Source: Ignavibacteriota bacterium (lineage in GTDB: Bacteria; Bacteroidota; Ignavibacteria; UBA10030; UBA6906). Taken from it: 64,000 bases of DNA. The stretch is from positions 2,961,579 through 3,025,578 of the forward strand of contig CAWDEM010000008.1 of assembly GCA_963801355.1 (NCBI GenBank), given 5' to 3'. Positions 51,781 through 60,992 of the stretch are shown piece by piece (the stretch's first letter is position 1; every line of letters starts with the position of its first letter). Under the pieces are notes generated by a model. The model was not told where the DNA came from, did not search any database, and saw nothing but the letters and a program-made list of their open reading frames with translations. The position numbers were made by a program, and so were the translations under genes.

Positions 51781-52416
51781 TTAATTCAGCACCACCACCA
51801 GATACTGGTCTCTCCAGAACTTATTCGGTTCCAGTATCTGCAAGTCCGATCCATTCTCATCAGTTGCAGTAGTAGCAAAAAGCTCTGCGTTGCGGCGGGG
51901 GAGAATTTCGTCAACCGTACCTGCAACGTGAATGGTCTGATCTTTGGTCCTGTCCAGCGGTGTGAACACAGTCGGATCGGCAGTAGGCGCCATCACCGTT
52001 GTTGAACCGAGGAGCCCCCAGAGGAACCCGCCCTCTTCGTCAATGACCCCTTTCGCTTCCAATTCGTCTCGTGTACCGACGATGTAGAAGACCTTGTTCA
52101 ACAGCTGCTTCTGCTCGGTCAACTTATTGTCCTGTTGGGTAATAGTTGCAATCTTCTCGGCAACCGTCAGCTCCAGGCCCTGCACCTTGCCCTGCAGTTG
52201 TGCAATCGCCTGCTCGCGTTCTGAAATCGTATTGCGCAAGTTGACGATGAGCGTATCTAGTCCGGCAATCTTCACTCCCAGAGAACGTACCCTCGCCTGG
52301 AGATTACTGATACGTGTCCGGCTGTCCTTGAGTGCCGTACCGACATCCTGGATGTTATCAAGCAGCTGTTTCCGGCTGTCGAGATTCACTTGTTTGGCCT
52401 CTACGCCCTGAGCGCG
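51781..52416 (-). pseudogene. 5'-truncated duplicate of the Cbp1-like lipoprotein gene
   Basis: Matches 53803-54438 but lacks the signal peptide and lipobox; probably an assembly duplicate. Confidence 0.75.
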
Positions 52417-52430
52417 ATGAAGTAACGCTC

Positions 52431-52470
52431 CATCAATTGTGGATTGTGGATCCACCATCCACAATTGATG
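52431..52470. repeat. 40-bp near-perfect palindrome built from ATTGTGG heptamers
   Basis: CATCAATTGTGGATTGTGGA|TCCACCATCCACAATTGATG, 19 of 20 pairs. Confidence 0.9.
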
Positions 52471-52487
52471 TTGTTCAAGGATCTGCA

Positions 52488-53690
52488 ATGTCTCCACCCC
52501 TCACCGGTCTCCCGATCAGCAGGATGGGGAACTTCAAGATCGTTCTCCTGTTGCTCGCGTCGCTGTTCGTGATTGCGTTGCTGTTCTACTCGCAGCGTCT
52601 TACGGATCAACTCCTCGCGCGCGAAGGTGAAGTTGTCGCCCTTTATGCACGGTCGCTGGAATACGTCGCAAACAACGATCCGGCTGCGGGGGATCTGAGT
52701 TTCGCCTTCGAAGTCATCAGGACCATCGACTTCCCCATCGTGCAAACCGACGCCCGGAACAATCCGATTTACTGGAAGAATATCGACGTAGATACCGCGG
52801 CACTCGCACCTCTCGACCGTGAAGCATTCTTCCGCGATTTGATCGTCACCATGGACCGGAGTCACAAGCCGATCCGTGTGGCCATCAATGACACGCTCGT
52901 GTTGAACTACCTGCACTACGGGGAATCCGCACTCATTCGCCAGCTGCGTTGGCTTCCCGTGAGTGAAATCGCTCTCGCCACGATCTTCATCGTCATTGCC
53001 TACCTTGGTTTCAGCACCATCAAGAGGAGCGAACAGAGCAACATCTGGGTGGGAATGGCCAAGGAAACCGCACACCAGCTTGGCACACCTCTCTCGAGCA
53101 TCATGGGATGGATGGAACGGATGCGCGAGGATGCACAGTCCGAGCCGCGCCTGGTGGATACCATCACGGAGATGGAGCAGGATGTCAACCGTCTGAACAA
53201 GGTTGCCGCGCGGTTCTCCAAGATCGGCTCAAAACCGGACCTGCACGAAGAATCGTTGACGGAAGTCCTGGAGGGGGTGATCAGCTACATAGGGAAGCGG
53301 ATACCGAAAGCAGGCAAGAAGGTGGATCTGCTCATCGAAACGCCCGGTACGTTCATTGCACCGATCAATCGCGAGCTGTTCGAGTGGGTGATTGAAAACC
53401 TGATGAAGAACGCGCTGGATGCATTGGAAGGAGCGGCAGGGAAGATTTCATTCTCGATCAGCGAGTCGGGGCGGTGGACGATTCTGGACGTCACCGACAC
53501 CGGCAAAGGGATCGATCCCAAGTTTCACAAGGAGATATTCCGGCCGGGGTACAGCACGAAGAAACGCGGTTGGGGACTCGGTCTGTCGCTTTCCAAGCGG
53601 ATCATCGAGGAATACCACAAAGGCAGGTTGTACGTCAAGCAGAGTGCGCCGGGGATGGGAACAACGTTTCGGATACGGCTACCGCGGTAA
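52488..53690 (+). CDS. Sensor histidine kinase, copy B (intact)
   Basis: 2 TM segments; MAKETAHQLGTP H-box; N and G boxes; Bacteroidota-type orphan kinase. Confidence 0.92.
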   Translation: MSPPLTGLPISRMGNFKIVLLLLASLFVIALLFYSQRLTDQLLAREGEVVALYARSLEYVANNDPAAGDLSFAFEVIRTIDFPIVQTDARNNPIYWKNIDVDTAALAPLDREAFFRDLIVTMDRSHKPIRVAINDTLVLNYLHYGESALIRQLRWLPVSEIALATIFIVIAYLGFSTIKRSEQSNIWVGMAKETAHQLGTPLSSIMGWMERMREDAQSEPRLVDTITEMEQDVNRLNKVAARFSKIGSKPDLHEESLTEVLEGVISYIGKRIPKAGKKVDLLIETPGTFIAPINRELFEWVIENLMKNALDALEGAAGKISFSISESGRWTILDVTDTGKGIDPKFHKEIFRPGYSTKKRGWGLGLSLSKRIIEEYHKGRLYVKQSAPGMGTTFRIRLPR

Positions 53691-53738
53691 GTGCATCGAG
53701 CCCGCTTCCGCGAGGCCGATGCAATCACACCCCGCCCT

Positions 53739-53780
53739 GTCCTTGCGAGGAGCGCTTCTCAGCGAGGCCGAAGCAACCTC
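53739..53780 (+). repeat. Palindromic REP-like element, copy 5
   Basis: GTCCTTGCGAGGAGCGCTTCTCAGCGAGGCCGAAGCAACCTC; counterpart of copy 4. Confidence 0.85.
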
Positions 53781-53802
53781 ACCCTCTAATCACCGTTGAA
53801 CC

Positions 53803-54672
53803 TTAATTCAGCACCACCACCAGATACTGGTCTCTCCAGAACTTATTCGGTTCCAGTATCTGCAAGTCCGATCCATTCTCATCAGGTGCAGTAGTGGCAA
53901 AGAGTTCTGCGTTGCGGCGGGGGAGAATCTCATCAACCGTACCTGCAACGTGAATGGTCTGATCTTTGGTTCTGTCCAGCGGCGTGAACACGGTCGGATC
54001 TGCAGTAGGCGCCATCACCGTTGTTGAACCGAGGAGCCCCCAGAGGAACCCGCCCTCTTCATCAATGACCCCTTTGGCTTCCAGTTCGTCTCGTGTACCG
54101 ACGATGTAGAAGACCTTGTTCAACAGCTGCGTCTGCTCGGTCAACTTATTGTCCTTTTCGGCAATAGTTGCGATCTTCTCGGCAACCGTCAGCTCCAGGC
54201 CCTGCACCTTGCCCTGCAGTTGTGCAATCGCCTGCTCGCGTTCTGAAATCGTATTGCGCAAGTTGACGATGAGCGTATCCAGTCCGGCAATCTTCACTCC
54301 CAGAGAACGTACCCTCGCCTGGAGATTACTGATACGTGTCCGGCTGTCCTTGAGTGCCGCACCGACATCCTGGATGTTATCAAGCAGCTGTTTCCGGCTG
54401 TCGAGATTTACCTGTTTGGCCTCAACGCCTTGAGCGCGGCGTGTGAGGGTTCCTTCCTTCACGCGTGATTTCTCGAGGTCAGTGTAGATATCATTGATCT
54501 CTTTCATGACCCCTTCGAGGTAAGCATCCCGCTCGGTCAGAAGTTTCTGTACGGATTCCCGGTCGGACTGGACCTGCGACAACTGCTGCTGCAGGGCCTC
54601 TTCCTTTGCTTTATCCGAGCATCCAACAACAAGCAACGAGCAAAGCGCAACGATTGCGATTGTCGTTCTCAT
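53803..54672 (-). CDS. Cbp1-like coiled-coil surface lipoprotein (collagen-binding adhesin family-like)
   Basis: Lipobox VVGC, long coiled coil, YIVGT..EL...G and C-terminal I..P.KFW...YLVV; AAGGAG RBS before ATG 54672. Confidence 0.75.
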   Translation of the reverse strand: MRTTIAIVALCSLLVVGCSDKAKEEALQQQLSQVQSDRESVQKLLTERDAYLEGVMKEINDIYTDLEKSRVKEGTLTRRAQGVEAKQVNLDSRKQLLDNIQDVGAALKDSRTRISNLQARVRSLGVKIAGLDTLIVNLRNTISEREQAIAQLQGKVQGLELTVAEKIATIAEKDNKLTEQTQLLNKVFYIVGTRDELEAKGVIDEEGGFLWGLLGSTTVMAPTADPTVFTPLDRTKDQTIHVAGTVDEILPRRNAELFATTAPDENGSDLQILEPNKFWRDQYLVVVLN

Positions 54673-54914
54673 GGTATTCTCCTTATGGTGTATTCCGTTA
54701 TTCACTAGGGTCAGGGGCACCGAGGGTAAAGAATTCCGCGTGCTGCCTCCCACCAGAGCCTCTTCGAACTCTCCAACACGTTGGCAACACGCTGGAATTC
54801 ATAATAAACGTACGGAATGCCGGGGGAGCGTACAATCGGGGGGAGTATGTATATGCGGACTAGGGTAAATGATGTAGACAGATAATCCACAAACCAGCCG
54901 TAGATTGCAGAAAA

Positions 54915-55589
54915 TTAGGTCCTTTCCACAAGTCCAAGTCTTATGGCGTGCCTAACCAGTCCTGCTGTCTCATGAATGTCCAATTTTTGCATGATATTTG
55001 CCCGGTGTGTATTGACGGTGCGGAAACTCAGGAAGAGCTGGTCGGCGATCTGCCGGTTTGTGTTCCCGAGCGCAATGAGCTTCAATACCTCTGTCTCGCG
55101 CTTTGTCAACTGTTGGCCCGGTGTTGACGGGGCTGGTTGTTCGGCCGGCGGTTGCTCTTTTGCGCGCTTGATGAAGCTTTCCACGATGATATTCGAGATT
55201 CCCGGACTGAAAAACCGCTCACCCGATACTGCTGATTCGATGGCTTTGAAAATGTCCCTTTTGCCGGCATTCTTCAGCACGTACCCGCTAGCCCCGGCGC
55301 GGAGTATCTGATAGGCGTATTCCTCATCTTCATGTACCGTCAGAATCACCACTTTCACGTCTGGGAAACGTTCTTTGATGATCTTCGTGGCCGCAATACC
55401 GTCGAGGTTCGGCATGGAGATATCCATGATCACCACATCCGGCTTTGTCTTCTCGGTCATACGCACGGCTTCTTCGCCATCCACTGCCTCCCCCACGATT
55501 GAATAGTCCGGCGACGTACGCAACAGCGCCCGGAGCCCGCTCCGCACGACATCATGATCATCAGCAATGAGAATCCTGGTTTTGGACAT
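54915..55589 (-). CDS. NarL/LuxR-family response regulator
   Basis: ILIADDH, MDISMP, GASGYVLK and LT.RE.EVL..TV..HR..IM.KL motifs. Confidence 0.95.
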   Translation of the reverse strand: MSKTRILIADDHDVVRSGLRALLRTSPDYSIVGEAVDGEEAVRMTEKTKPDVVIMDISMPNLDGIAATKIIKERFPDVKVVILTVHEDEEYAYQILRAGASGYVLKNAGKRDIFKAIESAVSGERFFSPGISNIIVESFIKRAKEQPPAEQPAPSTPGQQLTKRETEVLKLIALGNTNRQIADQLFLSFRTVNTHRANIMQKLDIHETAGLVRHAIRLGLVERT

Positions 55590-55629
55590 TCTGCTCCTCG
55601 GTCAATATTCACATTCTCTACAGCGTACC

Positions 55630-55722
55630 GTCCTTGCGAGCCCCGAAGGGCCGAAGCAACCTCCTCGTCGAACTCAGGTACAATGAACGTCCTTGCGAGG
55701 CCCGAAGCGCCGAAGCAACCTC
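55630..55722 (+). repeat. Two tandem REP-like elements (copies 6 and 7)
   Basis: 55630-55663 and 55689-55722, both GTCCTTGCGAG..short stem..CGAAGCAACCTC. Confidence 0.85.
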
Positions 55723-55749
55723 ACACTCAACCTCACACACCCGACACTC

Positions 55750-58700
55750 TCATTCTTCACTCGCCATGGGAAGTGTCACGGTGATCGTCGTGCCCTGATC
55801 AGGCCCGCTGTCGACGGCGAACGATCCGCCCAGCAACTCTGCACGTTCCCGCATGCCAAGCAATCCAAAGCCATGTCCTTCAGCACGCATGTCGGCCATA
55901 TCACTGCGCACAATCCCCTGCCCGTTGTCGTGGATGCGCAATTCCAGCGATGCGTTCTGCCGTGAAAGGTTGATTTCCACCGCTGTGGCATGTGCATGCT
56001 TGGCGATATTCGCCAATGCTTCCTGGGAAATGCGGTAGAGGGCAATCTCTGAATCACCAGGGAGATCCGTGGGAATACCCTCAGTACAAAGAATGCTGGT
56101 GGCAATGCCCTGGCGCTTTTCAAAATCTTTTGCCAGGAGCCGGAGTGCCGTCACAAGGCCGAAGTCATCAAGCACGCTCGGACGGAGGTTTGAGGAGATC
56201 CTCCGCACCTCAGCAATTGACCGGTCCAGTTCCTCCCGCACATCCCGCAGCTGCTTCGCCATCTTGCGGTCACCCGGTGCACCTTCTTCTTCCAACACTT
56301 CTACGCGGAACTTCATTCCGCTGAGTCGCTGGCAGAGGTCATCGTGAAGCTCCCGCGATATGCGGGCCCGCTCTTCTTCCTGTGCCCGTTGCATGGATGA
56401 CGCAAAACGCCTGAGCCCCGCAATTCGCTCCTGTTCAGCCTTTTCGACTTGCTCGACCATCGCGTTGAACCTATCACCCACAAGCCGCAGTTCGTCCCTT
56501 CCGGTCAGATGCACCTTCTGCGACAGATCGCCTTTTCCGACTTTCTCCATCACCGACATCAGGTGTGCCAGCGGCTTGGTGATGCTGCGCGTCATCCAGA
56601 TTCCGGCAAGTATACCGGAAATCAGACTGATACCCAACACTCCAAGAATTGTGTTGTTCGTGGTACGACCTGCGACAAGAAGTTCGTCCTTTGTACGGGT
56701 CAGGTTGAGCTCCGTGCGTGCCTGTACGCGGTCGTTGAGCGTTGAAGCCAGGCTTCGATAGGAACCCATGAATGCATCCAGATGCGCCCGCCGGGTTTTC
56801 TCCGACTCAATGAGCGTGCGGGCAAGCTGCAGTTCGCGAGCCGATCGCCGTTGCAGTTCCTCGGCCCAGCGTTTCTCCTCGGCGGTAAGAAGCACCACCT
56901 GGTGGACACGCAGGAACTCCGAGAACTGCTTCTCCGCGACACTCAACTGGTCTGTGAATTTGTCCTCCCCCGTCAGCAGATAATTGCCTAGACTTTTGGC
57001 GAGCTCATTCATCTGTACTTGCATGCCGAGTGCAACCTGGAGCCGACGGTAGGCGATGGGGTCGGTTACGCTAATGGAACGGAGAATACGGTCTGACAGC
57101 AGTGCGTCGATTGCCTGGAGCTCATCACGCAGCGCAGTTCAGATCCCTGCACTTGCACGTCACGCAGGCGCACCTGCTCGAGTGCCGCATCGTGAAAACT
57201 GACAATTGAATCCTGCAGGTCTTGCCTCAAACGGGCAAATCGCGCAAGTTCAACAACGCCCGTTTCTTCCTTCCGGCTGCTGTCAAGCTCTTCCGGTTTT
57301 CGCTCTAGCGCGCCGAGCAACCGGCGGTCTCCCGTGGCAGAGTAGGCAAGTGTGGCGAAGGCCGTTTCGGCAAGATCGTTTTCGATGGCATAGACTGCAG
57401 AGTTGACAGGCTCCCGCACTTGCGTCAGCTCTTCCAGCTTGTCGTTTACAGCGTTCGTCTGCGTATACGACACCAGGCCGATCACCACACACAGCACAAG
57501 CAGCACACCGATGCCCAGCCCGAGTTTCGCTCCGATGAAGTCGACGCGAACGATCCGCCAGCAACTCGCACGTTCCGCATGCCAAGCAATCAAAGCCATG
57601 TCTTCAGCAGCATGTCAGCCATATCACTGCGACAATCCCCTGCCGTGTCGTGATGGCAATTCCAGCGATGCGTTCTGCCGTGAAAGCTGGATTTCCGCCG
57701 CTGTGGCATGCGCATGCTTGGCGATATTCGCAATGCTTCCTGGGAAATGCGGTAGAGGGCAATCTCGAGGTCACCAGGGAGATCCGTGGGAATACCCTCA
57801 CCACAATGAATCCCGGTGGCAATGCCCTGGCGCTTTTCAAAATCTTTCGCCAGGAGCCGGAGTGCCGTCACAAGGCCAAAGTCGTCGAGCACGCTCGGAC
57901 GGAGGTTCGAAGAGATCCTCCGCACCTCCGCAATTGACCGGTCCAGCTCCTCTCGCACATCCCGCAGCTGCTTCGCCATCTTGCGGTCACCCGGTGCACC
58001 TTCTTCTTCCAACACTTCTACGCGGAACTTCATTCCGCTGAGTCGCTGGCAGAGGTCATCGTGAAGCTCCCGTGATATGCGGGCCCGTTCTTCTTCCTGT
58101 GCCCGTTGCATGGATGACGCAAAGCGCCTGAGCCCCGCAATTCGCTCCTGTTCAGCTTTCTCGACCTGCTCGACCATCGCGTTGAACCTATCACCCACAA
58201 GACGCAGTTCGTCCCTTCCGGTCAGATGCACCTTCTGCGACAGATCGCCTTTTCCGACTTTCTCCATCACCGACATCAGGTGTGCCAGCGGCTTGGTGAT
58301 GCTGCGCGTCATCCAGATTCCGGCAAGTATACCGGAAATCAGACTGATACCCAACACTCCAAGAATTGTGTTGTTCGTGGTACGTCCTGCGACAAGAAGT
58401 TCGTCCTTTGTACGGGTCAGGTTGAGCTCCGTGCGTGCCTGTACGCGGTCGTTGAGCGTTGAAGCCAGGCTTCGATAGGAACCCATGAAAGCATCCAGAT
58501 GCGCCCGCCGGGTTTTCTCCGACTCAATGAGCGTGCGGGCAAGCTGCAGTTCGCGAGCCGATCGCCGTTGCAGTTCCTCGGCCCAGCGTTTCTCCTCGGC
58601 GGTAAGAAGCACGACCTGGTGGACGCGCAGGAACTCCGAGAACTGCTTCTCCGCGACACTCAACTGGTCTGTGAATTTGTCCTCCCCCGTCAACAGATAA

Positions 58701-59260
58701 TTGCCCAGACTCTTGGCGAGCTCATTCATCTGTACTTGCATGCCGAGTGCAACCTGGAGCCGACGGTAGGCGATGGGGTCGGTTACGCTGATGGAACGGA
58801 GAATACGGTCTGATAGCAGTGCATCGATTGCCTGGAGCTCATCACGCAGTGCAGTTAGATCCCTCACTTGCACGTCACGAAGGCGCACCTGCTCGAGTGC
58901 CGCATCGTGAAAACTGATAATTGAATCCTGCAGGTCTTGCCTCAAACGGGCAAATCGCGCAAGTTCAACAACGCCCGTTTCTTCCTTCCGGCTGCTGTCA
59001 AGCTCTTCCGGTTTTCGCTCTATTGCACCGAGCAACCGGTGATCTCCCGTGGCAGAGTAAGCAAGTGTGGCGAAGGCCGTTTCGGCAAGATCGTTTTCGA
59101 TGGCATAGACTGCGGAGTTGACAGGCTCCCGCACTTGCGTCAGCTCTTCCAGCTTGTCGTTTACAGCGTTCGTCTGCGTATACGACACCAGGCCGATCAC
59201 CACACACAGCACAAGCAGCACACCGATGCCCAGCCCGAGTTTCGCTCCGATGTTCAGCAT
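55750..59260 (-). CDS. NarX-type (HisKA_3) HAMP sensor kinase, present as two overlapping partial copies (55750-57537 and 57540-59260)
   Basis: ERARISRELHDDLCQ, QEALANI.KH, DNGQG and GLLGMRERA motifs; one copy lacks the start and has frameshifts, the other has a degraded C-terminus. Confidence 0.85.
55810..59252. repeat. ~1.7-kb tandem duplication (55810-57537 versus 57540-59252)
   Basis: Colinear copies with synonymous differences; many 1-bp deletions in 57540-57735. Confidence 0.95.
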
Positions 59261-59332
59261 CTTCTCATGCCTCCGTTCTCACACAAAGGAACGCAAAGAA
59301 TGGGAAAAAACCCAACACTCCACACAACATCA

Positions 59333-59354
59333 AGCCCCGGCAAGTACCGGGGCT
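59333..59354. terminator. GC-rich hairpin, possible terminator
   Basis: AGCCCCGG-caagta-CCGGGGCT; only a weak U-tract. Confidence 0.45.
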
Positions 59355-59417
59355 CATTGAAATCAGCATCAAACACAGGCACAAAACAGCCTGCATCATT
59401 TCAGAATCATGTTTTCG

Positions 59418-59693
59418 TCAGCCCTGGCCGGCCTCCTTCGACCCATAGATCATCCCATGGAACTTGTTGTACAGCCATGCAAAGAAGGCTCCAACAAGGA
59501 AACCTTCAATGAAGCCGCCAACCAGTCCAATGATGACGCCAAGGAAGCTTCGCTGGAGGAACGGCAGGAAAATGGCGTAGTAGGAATAGGTCTGCCCGGC
59601 TCCAAATGCGATCGAATAGATCGTTCCAAGGCAATAGACCAACCCCAGCAACACCCCAGCCGCCATTCCGTATGCCCTTACGCGGAGTTTCAT
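59418..59693 (-). CDS. Small 2-TM membrane protein (holin-like/DUF5676-like)
   Basis: MKL.V.A.G, G...GL..GF..GF..G..FAWLYN pattern; AGGAGG RBS. Confidence 0.75.
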   Translation of the reverse strand: MKLRVRAYGMAAGVLLGLVYCLGTIYSIAFGAGQTYSYYAIFLPFLQRSFLGVIIGLVGGFIEGFLVGAFFAWLYNKFHGMIYGSKEAGQG

Positions 59694-59951
59694 ATGGTCC
59701 TCCTTATTGTGTGTGTTCGACGAGGGTAGATTAGACTTCGACTAAGAGGCAACACGCTTCGTAGTGCAAAGCTAGATAGGTGTTGGAGCAATGTCAATAG
59801 GTCCATTTGCCTCACAACACACCCTCACAGACACCCCTTGTTTCGGGCCTGGTTTCCGCATCTACCCATAGCACCCATATCTTCCGGGTTTGAAGAGTTT
59901 GAAAATTCTTCGTACCCTATGACAACTGAATCTCGAACCCGGAGGATACGT

Positions 59952-60226
59952 ATGAACACCGCCACACACGCCGCAGCCGCAGCAGTCGCCCAGGCCATCA
60001 AAGCCTCGGGCGCCATCGTGAAGATCTCCCCTGAAGGATTCAAGACATTGCTCCAGCGGGCGAAAGAGCCACTGGTCATTGTTTCCCAGGGCGGGGTATT
60101 TTCAAAGAAGTTTGAGTACTTGATGGGCTATAAAGGACTTGTCTTTTTTACGAGTTCCAAGGAGCAACTCGGCTTCACGTCTGGCGTGGAGATTGTCACG
60201 TCGAGAAGATCTGGATACCGGGCTGA
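59952..60226 (+). CDS. Small conserved hypothetical protein (frameshift near 60204)
   Basis: GGAGG RBS; AAAAVAQAIKASGAIV..Y...YKGL.F; natural-looking end KIWIPG-TGA lies in the adjacent frame. Confidence 0.65.
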
Positions 60227-60269
60227 AGGACAATCTACTTTCAGATATCTGAACTCGGATTTTCCAGCC

Positions 60270-60992
60270 ATGCAAAAGAATTCATCGTCCGTGAAGGCTA
60301 CTCCTCTCATCGCCCCTGAGCCCATCGATCCTGTAGTCAGGTACGTTCCTCTCTTCCTTCGTCTGTTGCTCTATGTGTTCCTGACCTGGTTCCTGATCGA
60401 GGCCATCCCGATCTTCTATTCGTATGATCCAAACGAACCCTGGCCGCGTCTCATCTGGATATTCCGTACGTTCACGTTCCTGCCGCTTCATGAAGGGGGG
60501 CACATTCTCTTTATCCTCTTCGGCAGAACGCTCTACGCTCTGGGTGGATCATTCTGGCAGATTGTGTTCCCGCTGCTCTGGTTCATCATTGCCATGAAAC
60601 AGCGGTCGCAGGTCGCCCCCTTCCCTCTCTTCTGGGTGGGAGAAAATATGATGGATGTGAGTCTCTACATCCGTGACTCACAGGACATGGTACTGCCGCT
60701 GCTCGGTGGTCACAAATCGGGACACGACTGGCATTTTCTGCTAACGAGGTGGGACCTGATTGATTCCTGTCAGGAGATAGCAGATGTCATGTATTTCGCG
60801 GGAGTGATTGTCTCTATTGCGGGGATTATCGGCGGGATTGTCTGGGCGCTTGTGGCGTTCTATCGATCAGGGAAAACCCGCAGCACCGGTATCCGGTACT
60901 TTACAAACGAGAGAGTGATTGACTATGGTCAATCGACTATAGACCATCGTCAACCGTTCTCCCCCGCCAGCCTTGCAATCTGCAGCAGATAG
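60270..60992 (+). CDS. Membrane protein with HExxH motif (M50-like)
   Basis: LHEGGH, GGS..Q, W.GEN..DV..YI.D, LPLLGG and HDW motifs; 3' end uncertain (may stop near 60918). Confidence 0.7.
   Translation: MQKNSSSVKATPLIAPEPIDPVVRYVPLFLRLLLYVFLTWFLIEAIPIFYSYDPNEPWPRLIWIFRTFTFLPLHEGGHILFILFGRTLYALGGSFWQIVFPLLWFIIAMKQRSQVAPFPLFWVGENMMDVSLYIRDSQDMVLPLLGGHKSGHDWHFLLTRWDLIDSCQEIADVMYFAGVIVSIAGIIGGIVWALVAFYRSGKTRSTGIRYFTNERVIDYGQSTIDHRQPFSPASLAICSR
60919..60953. repeat. Heptamer-period hairpin between convergent genes
   Basis: TTGACTATGGTC...GACCATCGTCAA (1 mismatch); units ATTGACT/ATGGTCA/ATCGACT/ATAGACC/ATCGTCA. Confidence 0.65.

Noticed and set aside
52332-52497. Chimeric N-termini of ORFs 52332-53690 and 51781-52497
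   Set aside because: They are read-through of the duplication junction and palindrome
54673-54914. Riboswitch or ncRNA in the long leader of the Cbp1-like gene
   Set aside because: No recognisable aptamer consensus or terminator; an Rfam scan would be needed
59418-59693. Holin-like gene as evidence of a prophage
   Set aside because: No endolysin, integrase or structural genes nearby; this small membrane family also occurs outside phage contexts
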